From Balanoglossus misakiensis (lineage: Eukaryota > Animalia > Hemichordata): 64,000 nucleotides of DNA. Numbering within the stretch: the stretch's first letter is position 1; each line of letters opens with the position of its first letter. Positions 1 through 12,206 of this stretch are shown here, one piece after another. A model generated the notes under the pieces. That model worked only from the letters and a program-made list of their open reading frames with translations, did no database searches and had not been told where the DNA came from. The position numbers and the translations under genes are program-made. The stretch spans positions 6,384,849 to 6,448,848 of the forward strand of contig CM082583.2 of NCBI GenBank assembly GCA_040954595.2, read 5' to 3'.

Positions 1-437
1 ATATAGTCACCAGGTTTCGAAAATTAATGGAATTTTAAAACGAAGAAGGCGCTGTAAAAAATCAAGACTTTAGTCATTATTCGTGGAAGTGTTTTACACC
101 GTTCGTTGACTGTGCTTGTTGTGACAGCATTTGTCGAGACAAGACTAATATTGTCATTTTGTCGAATGTCACGCCGTGAATCTTGTCGTCAAAGTCTCTA
201 ATGTCGGCCAAATACGGGGAAGGGACAAGAAAACAATGAAATTGGATTTTTGAAAGCAGCTACTCAACGGGTGGGTTATTGTCATCATACTTGACACTAA
301 AAATCTATCCGAAGATTTATTGACCAAACAAAAACCAACGGTGATATATCGGAGAATTTGTAAGTAAAGTACATTTTCCTACGGTATAACATTTGATTGC
401 ATGCGTTTCAAAAAAATAAAATGAAGGGAAAACTTAC

Positions 438-860
438 TCGGTTTCCGATGAAAAGCTATCTGACCCGCGGCTCGCTAGACGGGGAAACTGCACTGGCTTG
501 GCCGTCAAAACTGTCGTGCACAGGTCTGTGGTCGACGCTTCGTCGGCTGATTCAAACTGTAGGCAGTTCCGTTGTTCAGAAACGGCACAAAATCCGTCGG
601 CGACAAGGGTGAGCGACGACGATGTGACCACGGCCACTTGTTACTGATAGCACTGTCGAGAGAAGCAAAGTTACTGTAACTATTGGTGGTGAGGCGACGG
701 TGTGGATCAGCTGATTCCTTGAAATAAATCGTCATTGGCAACGGCGACGCTCTATTGGGTGTACTTGTCTGCGGGTGACATAGCCGTGTTTACCACTGTC
801 AGTCTGATCGGTTGGGGTATTGTGGCGGGCTCGGCTATCTGTTCTACGTCAAACGCTTCA
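438..860 (-). other. Putative (probably non-coding) first exon A of an unidentified minus-strand gene continuing off the left edge
   Basis: TATA-like TATTTAAA on the minus strand at 884-891, CpG-rich body, and donor GA|GTAAGT at 437-432 followed by pyrimidine-rich sequence. No ATG in the only frame open to the donor. The 5' boundary is approximate. Confidence 0.4.
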
Positions 861-1432
861 AACAAGTAACGAGAGAGAGAGAGTTTAAATAAATAGTCGG
901 AGCCCTCGACATATGGCGAACGCACGCTATTGTGCATTCCCTTTATTAAAGCTCGTTTGAATATGCGAACGTTGCCGGCGATTTAGTTCACAAAACCCCG
1001 CATACGAGGAAGCCCATTAAACACTAGCGCAGTATCATTCACACATGAGATCGCGCTGCCTACAATCTGTCACCCATACTCTTCCTAGAAATGACAAATT
1101 TTCTTATTTACAGTTTGACCAGCCTCGATTTACACCTCCCTGATTGCACGCATAGACCTCAGCCACCAATCGCGCATTTGATAAAGAAAACCATCGAAAA
1201 TAGTGCCGAAAATTATCAGTTTTTAGGTGTGTTAGTTTTTGTTTTCAGAATGATCATATTGCCATAAATCACCTTTCGTAAAATAAAACAGTTGACTACT
1301 GACCCAATCCACAATGAAATGCAAAATCCGAAATATTAATATAATCATAAAGAAAGAGTATTTAAAAAAAGAAAAAGAAAAAAAACACAACGACAGATCA
1401 AAACAAGAACGGACACAGTGGTTTATGCTTAC

Positions 1433-1630
1433 TTTAGCCGTCGCCCAGAACAACACCGATGTATCTTGCGGTCTTAGCCCAAAACCAAACATGGAACTTT
1501 GGGATAAATGAATCTGCGTGGATATCTACAAAGTCTTATATCAACCGAGATCCAGCTCCGCGCCGACAACTTTGAGTGTCTTTTGCACACAATTTTTATC
1601 ACCCGCAACTAATACTTTATTACGAGAGCC
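1433..1630 (-). other. Putative alternative first exon B of the same minus-strand gene
   Basis: Donor AA|GTAAGC at 1432-1427 followed by T-rich minus-strand sequence. It lies just downstream of an NRF1 palindrome and CCAAT box. An ATG at 1492 would give MFGFGLRPQDTSVLFWATAK up to the donor. Confidence 0.3.
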
Positions 1631-1648
1631 GTCATTCAACTTCGACGA

Positions 1649-1876
1649 GCGCATGCGCATTGGCTTTCTGTCGTCACGGGGGAGGATTATTCTCGTCTCC
1701 GTCAACATGGCTCTCTCGTTTCTCTCACCTTTCTGTGGGACAGTCAAACTGAAACGGAACAGAGTGACATCACAGAAGAGACTATATTAAGAACGGCTAT
1801 GATAACACGCTGCTTGGGGTAGCCTTAAATATGTTGTTTTGATGATATGCACGAACAAACCTTAAGGGGGGCGGAG
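1649..1876 (-). promoter_or_regulatory. Promoter-like cluster: NRF1 site, CCAAT box, GC box
   Basis: GCGCATGCGC at 1649-1658 abuts ATTGG at 1659-1663; GGGGGCGGAG at about 1867-1876. Confidence 0.45.
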
Positions 1877-4800
1877 GGGGAAACGGGTATATTTTTGATT
1901 AATATTTTCCCAGCGGAGGAGACGCTTGACGTGTGGTCAGTCAGTGATCGATATAGAGCACAGTATTTGTTGAGAATGTGCGAAAGTTGTGCTAATTTCA
2001 ACGAGTAAAAAATTGTTATTGTTGAAGGGGGCGCCATATTTGTCCGTTCGGGGTCTGCGTCGTGTCTATAGCTAGTTGAACCGCCGCACCGGAAACGAAC
2101 CTACTGCCGGCGTCGACGAGAATGTAACTCCACCTATAATGGTGAAAATTAATTTTGCACGACATATTTGCAACATAACTGTTTGGATACTTTATTGAAT
2201 CAAATGCAATTTGTGTCAAAAAAGCGCTACAGGAACGATTTGAATGCGAGCATCAATAATGTATTCTCCCCAGTAAACCACCGCATTAACGTGAAAAATT
2301 ACACCACCGACACACTTCCAAAATCTGATACGAAAAAAGTCTTTAAAAAATTGCGCTGTGCAATATTTATGCAAGGCCTTTGAATTGACATGTTGGGAGA
2401 CCGAGCATAAGAAAATGGAGTGACTGCGATGAGTGAAATAGAATAGCATGCGACAAATATTTCATAGTATCAGACAAGTCGTGGTAATTTGAGTATTCTG
2501 AGAATATCAACATACCTTATTCAAGTATAAAAACTTGTTTCTTTAATACTACATACATCAAATCAAAGGATTTCTTGGCCTTTTGTGTTTGTTTGTTATA
2601 ATATCAGCTAACTTCAGTGGGTGTATTATTTATGTTTTCTTCGTACAGTTAAAATTATCTATATTTTATTTGTTATCAAACTTCCCAGTTCCTGTGGAAT
2701 CATGCGTTTCAAGCATTTGAATGAAAATAATTGTTGTCATAATTTTATTTCTTGATTTGACTGGTGACGTTTCGTCAAACTTCTCCTGCGGTTAGTCAGT
2801 ATTGCATAAATTACAGCCACACGGGCCAAAGTGTATTCCGGCGCCTGTCACCTTTCGAGACCAAGGCGTACTCTATTCCGGTGAAGATTATCTGTTTGAC
2901 GATTATACACTGTATTTATCATCCCAGCAGCATTTCGACTTGTCATACGCTTACTGCGATATTCCATGTGTCTTTGTCATAGTACGAAAGATGTCCGTCC
3001 ATTGTAGGTGTCACTAATACAAAATCGTGATATTTGGTCTTAGCAAGAACCTTCCTGTTGCTAAATTTCATCACGTGGCCAACCCAACAAGCCCTTTGGA
3101 TGACATGCCATTTCACAATTTCTACTACAACAGCGATGCTCGAATCACTTTTAAATTGTTACTCGACTTGTGTAATTGATCCAAGCCAAGTCTGTCGTGC
3201 CGTGATTAGAGCCCTTGTCACCTTGCGCTAAGCCCTTTTCAGTTACTTACGCTGATTTAAACAATGAACGTTCATTACGGTGTCTCCGCACCTCGTACTT
3301 TTGAAGATCCTGTAGGAAGCTGGTCCGTGCACGGCCGACATTCGAGAAAAATAATCGACGAATTCCCACTTTGAGTCGAGTGAGCGTAAATTGGGTGATT
3401 AGAGGTAACATTTAGAGCGAGAAACAATGCGGTATGAAACAAAATAACGTAAAAGGAAGCTGCCAATCTCGACCAATCATCATTATGTCTCACAGAATCA
3501 ATATGTGTAAATTACTGTCAATACGTGGCCTTTACGCAATGTGACCACGTTTTTTTTGTTCTGTGTCGTATAGACTAACGACGGGGTCTGTCCGTGACGG
3601 TCAGAGCGTAGAGAGATGTAAAATACACCCTCGTTGTTCATCAGCAGAGAACAAGCAGGATGTGGAAGATCGGTAATGACGCGATGAAAATCCAGTTACC
3701 GGTGCGGACGTGGCTCGTCGTCTTTGCGGTATTAAACCCGGAAATGTCGCGTTAACTATCCCCGGTTCGCAGAAGTCCTAATTTTTATTCCTAAAGTGTC
3801 TTTACACGGAAAACAATGGAAAGTACAAGTGAAATAAGTAGCGTCAAGTCGGCCACCATATGCCAGTGGCACCATTCTCTTTGGCTCTTTCACTAACGAA
3901 GTATGGTTTCATTAACACCTCTTTTATTTATGCCTGTTTCCAAGTCAATGTGCTAATTAGCACTGAAGGGCGCGACCAGTGTGTACTGTGATCACGGCGG
4001 CCAGTGGCTTTATTCGAGTCGCAAGCCCATCATTTTTGATGTGAATAAACATAATACAATAGCGGGTCCTAATTAGATACAGCGGGACTTTGTGTCACCA
4101 GAAGTGATTCATCTTTAGAGATATAAATATGTGTGGCTTGTTTCGGTCTGTTTTCGATAAACCGGTATTGTTGTACATGTAGTGGCTTTGCTGAAGACGA
4201 GCACAGACGGACGACAGTTACGGCCAGTGTATACGCCATTGCCCCCCTGGTAATGTTGTATCCGAAAACGAATGGAAATCAGAAAGGGACCATAATGTCA
4301 CGCGTAACGCGTATTTGAATATCATCTAATAAAGTTATCTCATCTATCGCGGCCCTCTACAGGGGCAGAAATGTTCTTCTTTTAAAATCCGTATTTCCAT
4401 TTTATTCGGAGTTCTCGGCAAGAGTCGAAAGGGCAGATATGGTTTCAACTAATTGTTTGTTTTCTTTTCTGAACGTAACACGTATAAAAAAAACGTGAAG
4501 TACAAATCAGCGCAGAAATATTCCTCCCCGGTGTCTTCGTCGGCGTAATGTCGAGAGGACTGGAGGTGATGTTGTTAAAAGACAATACATGTTTTTTATG
4601 TCAAGATCATGTTAGAAACAGCAGCTGCTGATCGCAGCAGATCTTGTTAACTCGTCGCTATTTACAATTACTAATGGGACAAAGACCTGGGAGAAAATGT
4701 ACACGCGAATTGTGGTTTATTAAATGAGAACGCCGGGTCCCATCTGCTATGCAGAGTTAATTTGATCACGTCCACGAGTTCTCTTTGTGTAAATACCGTA

Positions 4801-7800
4801 CGAGGCCCGTCATTGGCATTTAGTGGCGCGATGGTCTGGTTGTAAAACCCATTGTTACTGTGCAAATAATCCCTTTCCGTAAACTGTAATTTTACTTGCT
4901 TATTAAGCCCAACTTACAAGTAATCACTGAGTGAGTGGGGGTCTTTCTGTTTATAGCCGGTAATCACCAATAGATCCGAGGAAGTACTGACCAACGCATA
5001 TTGTTTTTCTCTAGTCTTTGCCCCCCAAAGGAAACTATTATAAGCCCTGTTGGGAATATAGTATTGGGTCGTACAACAAGCTGTCCCCTGGATTACATTG
5101 AATAACCCTATCAAATCAGGAGGGTTTGGGGGTAATGACTAACCCCACGGGGCAGCGAATCTTTGAAGGGTTTCAGAAATCCGTAGGGATGTTTAAAATG
5201 ATAAAATTAGCAAAGGATGACCCCTTGATTTTGACAACATCTTCCTTTTGAAATTACTGTTGTTGTTATTAAAATTTCGCCTTATTCAGTCACAGAATTC
5301 AATAACTGTACAGTGCACATGTTTTAAATAGCGCTCAAATCCCAATCTTGTAAAAAAAAAACATTTTTGAATCCATTCTCAGCATGGCATAAGCAATCCC
5401 AACAATTACTTAAGAAGATATTTTTTCTTGAGTCAATACCGTGATCGCTTGTGAGTCAATCGTGGTTTAGCGAACATTATCGATGAAACAACTGATAAAT
5501 AGCCGATTAACCCACGTGAAAATTATATCTCTGCATATTCATTCTTAGAATGATACTGGCATAAGTGATTTTTCAAAAAAAAAAAATTAAGAAATCTGTG
5601 TCAAAAGAGAAAAATAAACGCAGCAATAATATACCCTATCTACAGCGTCTGGGATAAAGGTAATGAATATGAAAATATTATTCTATTCAAAGATATCTTT
5701 TCAGGCGCACAATTTGTGAAGCTCATTGAATTCAGTATAAATGTAAGTCGTCCTTCTCAATACCTAAGTCGTTTATATCTGTGGACCACAACTTAAAACC
5801 GAAAATAACGTATCATTTTGAAAAGGTCCCTCTACTCCGAGATTGGGACTGTTTTTCCTGTGTGCAATTCTCAAGCCACCAATTCGGTTTGTCAAACACG
5901 ATAAGGCGTTATCAAAGCATCGTTTTGTCTTGTAAACGAAAATTACTAAACAACACAAGTAATTCTCTCGGGGAAACTCGGCTTATTGGCCAATAGGGTT
6001 ATCTTCATGCAGAAATAAATAGAGAAAAAGAATTACACATTTATTTGATAAGCGCTGCTATCTGCAGAAATTCTATCTATGCGTGTATTTAGACTCAAGT
6101 GCAGCAGTGTTCCCGTTTATCTGCAGCGCGAGTTGTGCCCCATTTCAACTGTCTTGAGAGCGCCAATTCCCCGTCAAAATTACGGAGATTTTTCTCCAGA
6201 CGTAATCTTCTCCCACTGCCATAAAATTAAAAGCCACGATAAGAGCGCGTTTGCCTTGAGTCAAGAAACGTAGCCATGTAATACCTTTAGTTGTGCAAAA
6301 AGAGTGACATGACACTAGTAAAGTTTTGATTTTCCATAGTTAAGATATCTGGCCAGGATTTTATCTCTAAGTACACGCCAGTTATGATTAGGACATCACA
6401 GGGGATTATGTCGATTTACACTGTGACAATGCCCAGGATTTCTATCGAAGTTCGGTCACAACGTTAACTCATTGCAATGCGCTTCACACAATGAACGTGC
6501 ATTCTGGCCGTGGGTAATATGTGTGTGTGAGCCAAGAAGAGATGAGAGAGAGAGAGCTACGTGTTGACATGCGCAGTTAAAACCTTTGTCACCAGACTGA
6601 CAAATTCGACTTGAATTTTCTGCATGCATTACTTGAGGTTATCCTTCGTCTAGGAGAGCATGGTTGCAAACAATTTGGCAGATATTGACACCTTCGCTCT
6701 ATTTTCCGCACGAAAATGCGGCGAAAAATGATAAAATTCGAGTATTTAAACACCGGTATTTAAATACAAAATCAAAATCATTTCTTTAGTCGTAAAATTC
6801 AATAGAGAATGGGTATAGGCATGTTCAATATGTTGTTTCAGACTCATTTTGCCTCATCCACGAGATTTCATGGAATGATCAGAAACTAGATAATAGGCAG
6901 AAATACTCCACGACTACATTGTTTACATGTTTTATGAAATGTTATGAACTTCATATATCTGCTGTCGAATCTTTCCATGCACTTGATAACAAAATATACA
7001 GCTATTTGGGCATAGCCTACTGGTATTACGCAGTTTGAAATCGTCACGTTGACGGACTGTCGCGAAAAGAATCGCCAAAGTTTAGAACGACCCTATCCGT
7101 TCAACTGGCAACTGCGTCGATTCCAGGTGTGTGCCATTGATATTCATGTAGGTTAGCTATCACAGCGCCCACGATGCACGAAGATTCATTAATAGCCATG
7201 CCTGATAAAATCAAAGTTTTCATCAGGTTGCATGCTAGCCCAGCGTTAGTAGGGATTTACAGCGGGAAATGGAGGGGGGATCGTAGCGACCATCAATATT
7301 TTTCTTATCTCTTGTACTATCATTAATTACTTTATTCACATAAACATGGACTCTAATAGCCATTCAATCTCTTTTCTAATCAAATGAAGCTATACATCTG
7401 ACTTTTTACGACGATTTTTCTACGGCGAACACATGGGCGCGGAATGACACTAATCCCCCTGCAACCAGCTGCCGTGCATTACGCTCCCGTTCTTCAGATT
7501 ACTCATCCACCGTTAACCCAGCTAACGGATCACCATAAGCATTTTCTCTAAAGCAGGAGAAATTAATAACATTTCCTTTTGGATTATTATGATAAATTTT
7601 AGGAGAGCCTCTCGCGCGTATCAAGGCACAAGTTGGAGTGCATGGTTTGCGGATTTAAATAAGTGTTGGTTTTTTCGTGATTCGACGTCATTCCGACATT
7701 ATTTCAGAGACTGGGAATAGACGGGAGTTGAGGAAAACACGACTGTACATTATCTCTGGGGGAACGGTTGTTTCGAATCAAACGATAGCCTTTAATGCTA

Positions 7801-10800
7801 CTACAGTGGCGCTATGAAGGCAACAAGGTATAGCTGTCAAATTTCTTTCCGTAATTGCCAACTTCTTGAACACTAGGATGAAAGATGAAGCACGTCTCTT
7901 ACCGAACGTCAACAAAACTAATCTGGCCACACGCACACACAGTCATATACACAAGACTGAATTTCCCCCCTTTATTCCATAGTACTTAAAAAATCTCTCT
8001 TCAGCCTGTGGAACGCAGCAATTTTTTCTGTGTGAAATTCTCTCTCTTCATTTTTGCTGCAACATAAACTGCCTTGAGGGTGGCGGCTCCATGGTTTGCA
8101 TTGGAAACTAGCTAGCAATTTATTACTGAATGTAAAGTTTAGTTTTAATTTACAACTCTGTAAATTGGAAGGAAAATTGCATTTATGGGGTACAAAATAA
8201 TTTAAGTGAAGAGGTGGTGTCAAATATTGGTTCATTTCATGAGCAGACTATTGTGGAGGGGAGACCTCGCGTAATCTAATCAATTTACAAGAATTGATTG
8301 TGTCAACACGCCATTTACAATACATTATTGAATCCTGAATTAGAGTAACATCCAGTTTGACAAACTATAGCTGTAAAAAAGAACAAAATTTGCACAATAC
8401 GTGAATATTTGACCACAATGCAAAGTAAACAGGGCCGTATTAAGTTAATCATGTTAATCATACGCGAGGGTTTAATTAAATGCGCATGCCTGGAAAAATT
8501 CATCAATCAGTGTGTCATCTGCTTGCTGAGACCGAAAACATGTTTTCGTCTCTGTCTGTCTGTCGAAAACTATACGGTGCAGTAGACGCATTACAAGTAA
8601 ACAGCTTTGTATAGAAGAGCATGGGCGTTGGCCATGGATAAAAGTTGCATTTTTCTGTTTTCCGCACATTTCAGCCAAATCTGCGCCCAAGCGGGAGATT
8701 TGGCAGCGTATTTTTTCAATTTTGATAGGTTTATGCGATTTCTAACCAAATAAGGGGCGAAGGAGCAGATGAAGTATAACTACGATAATTAAAAATAATC
8801 AATGAAAAAATCAACGATCGCCTATATAAAAAGTCGCAATTCAACTTTACCGTTATAAAAAGACAAAATTACATATCCTTAATCTGCTTGCATCATATAC
8901 CGAAGACGTGTTGAATTTTTAACCAGTCTCGGTTTGGATATAAGCGATAACGAGTATTTAATTGCCTTATGCGTGTCCCCGTGAGCACGGGCATTATATG
9001 AGACCCTTAACGATTTGATCGGAGAAATTTCAGAAGCGAAAGTAACGAAGACGGTGACGAATCTGCAGGGCAAGATTTAAAGCGAATAAGACTGCCTAGC
9101 CTGCATCAGGAAGCGATTAGCGACAATCCCACTATTTAAGGATAAAATTGGGTAAATAAGGCCAAATACCGCATGTCCGACAACCATTACCAGCACAAAT
9201 TGAAGAGCTTTGATATGATCCCGTCTACAGCTCTCAATCGTGAGGAGAGGTTTTACGAAATTAACATGCTGACTGGCCTAAAGATAAATGCCCAGTTAAC
9301 ATCTTCTTCGCTTTATTGAGGTTTAAAAGAGAAAAGATTTACTGTTTTTCAGTTTCTATCAACTTTATTATCCTCTTTTTCATCAGGGCTGTTCTTGATC
9401 CTGACTGATGGCTCATTCCGTCTCGCCTAATCCCTGATAACAACTTGAGATCCGCGCAGCGGACTTGTCATTTAAGGCAAGAAAGATAAAAGTTCTGGAG
9501 GCGTTTAAATTTGTCGTGGCGTAGCTTCAGTTACTGATGTAAGCGGTCAGCGCGCGCTGTGATTGCCATATATTTTGCCGGAACCCGGGCTGACCTTCTT
9601 TGCTTTCAAGCCCTCGCAGTTCAATTTGCTAATGAATCACGGAATGCGACTGTCTAGCTTTATTTTAAATCTCTTATACAGAATGTCTAGTATGAACTAG
9701 TTCTCAGAGAGCACATGCATTACCTTTGATCACGTGACTGAAAACCGGCCACCAAGACTAACTTTATATTGCTTTATTATCAACGGTCACTTAGTGAAAA
9801 CAGAAAATTGTACACAATTTATTTTGCTTGGTTGATTTATCATATTTCATCGATTCTACACGAGCACTGGCATATTACGTCTCAGCGAGAACAAAAACAA
9901 ATCTAATTCGTGAATCAACTCGAATATTTCGGGCACCTCCGCAGTTATCGCTTTCTTCGGTTCTGACTTGAGTTCGAAACGTGTAGTATATACGTACACA
10001 AGAGTTCTCGTCATAAATTAATCCGTCCCCACCCCCCAGAGACTTCAAATCGGGACTGATTTCCATCGTTTCACGGGAATCTGTACATTCACTGGATGTA
10101 ATCAAGAACATAAAAATAACTTACAAAATCGAGACAACGTCACTGCATTAATATGCTTATCCCTTGGAGAAAATTAACACGTCAATGTGCGATGTAATTT
10201 GTTCTATGGTTAGGTGCAAATGCACGACTCTTGTTATTTCTTTCCCCGGTCCCACGGTCTGACTCGAATAAAGGGGGCGTCACCTTGCACCCCCATCGCC
10301 TCTGAAATACTACTCCACAAAATACTGCGTGACACAGAAATCATTAACAAGCATAAATACTCATGCTCTGTCTAGTTTGTATTCAATCAAATCTCAAATC
10401 TGGCTAATAATCGCAGTATTTCAACTAATCTTATACTTTACCAAAGTCTTTCTTCAGAGAGCCTGAAAGCAGGCCTTAGGAAGTGGATTTTTATGTCAAT
10501 TACTACGGCCTGGCACCAATAGACGTCTATAGAACGGTAAGAAGATTTGAGTCTCAGAGGTGTGTCGGTGTAGTTTGGCGCATTCAGAAACCGAAGGGAC
10601 AGGTGGTTGTCAGTCGCTCCGAGGTATTGAGGAATGATCCTTGTCTTTCGTTGTCTCTGTTTTCTTGACATGACAAGAAGTGAACTGCTCAGCAAAATCC
10701 TCTGCGTCGGCCTGTATGTAAAACCAGCCGCTGAAAAGTTAAGCAGACGACAATGATGTTGTGAGCGAGAACCCGAAACCGAGACTTTTGTTGAGTGTAG

Positions 10801-10891
10801 GCTTAATGGCGGATGACTCAAGTCGTCGGCATCATCGACGCTTATTTTGCAAGCACCGCAGATTTTAACAAACAGCCGCTGAAAATACATT

Positions 10892-11254
<363 letters not shown>

Positions 11255-12141
11255 GCGCAGAAACAAAGTGCAACAACGATGACTCGACAGCAACGTCCGT
11301 AATAAACAGCGCGACTAATAGTAATAGGTTGATAGCTCATGGCAGTAGCTCGTCCCTCAGCCATCAATTTGCACGCTCGCGGCGCGATAAAAGACAGACG
11401 GAGAGTTAACAAAGCAGGGACTTTCCCGACACTTAATTTTTCAACGTCAACCCTTAAACCAACTCTTGATGTGCAGGGCTATCTCCTCCAAGCTACTGTA
11501 TGTACCCAAATACCGGTTGAGAGAGCGAACCATCTGTTCAGGATTTCAGAGTTCTAAGATGATAGTTGTTCGATGTACTACTCAAGGGAGCAAGTGTCTT
11601 ATTTGTGACGATTTGCAAATCTTAGATGTACGACACACTACTTGACGGAACATCTTTGCCTGTTTCCTGTTTACATTCAAGAGGATTTTGTAGGAGGGGC
11701 GTGCGATCAAAGACTATCGCTGGATTGTTTGCGGCTATTTTTTCTTATCTTGTAGATTGAGTAAAATCACATTGAGGGTAATTTTAACCGCAGAATATCA
11801 CAAGGACGATTGTGTTCGGGAGACAATATTCATTAATACACAGCATGGTAGACGACACAATCTATTGTTATGTGCCTGCAAAATTCGCCCTGTAAATTGC
11901 CTGTAGCTGTAACTTTGTATTGTTTTAGCGTAGTTGAGACGTACAACAATGATTCTATATATTAACTGCACTTTCTTGTTCTTGTCCCTATAATCTACAC
12001 CTTCATCATTATAGCTATGACTGAATGGCGTGACGTGTGTATTACCCGTCAGCCAATAGTACCGGAAGTCGCCATTGTGAAAAGCTGACCGACCATAAAA
12101 TTAGTTCGATGAGGAGACAAGCGTCGGGTTTCATAAAAAGT

Positions 12142-12206
12142 TTTATTGTTAAAAACTTGTTCTACCAACGTTTCGATCCTTCACTGAGGATCTTCTTCAG
12201 GGATCT
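12142..12206 (-). ncRNA. Minimal type I hammerhead ribozyme motif of Penelope-like retroelement type, probably decayed
   Basis: Minus strand reads CC-CUGAAGA-A-GAUCCU-cagUga-AGGAUC-GAAAC-GUU-GG, with AATAAA about 15 nt downstream. The core and 6-bp stem II are intact; stem I has only 2 bp. Confidence 0.6.

Noticed and set aside
9098-9122. miR-217-like word CTGCATCAGGAAGCGATT
   Set aside because: The seed end differs and no complementary arm forms a precursor hairpin.
9345-9392. Minus-strand CTGATGA...GAAA hammerhead core
   Set aside because: No stem II pairing between the core elements.
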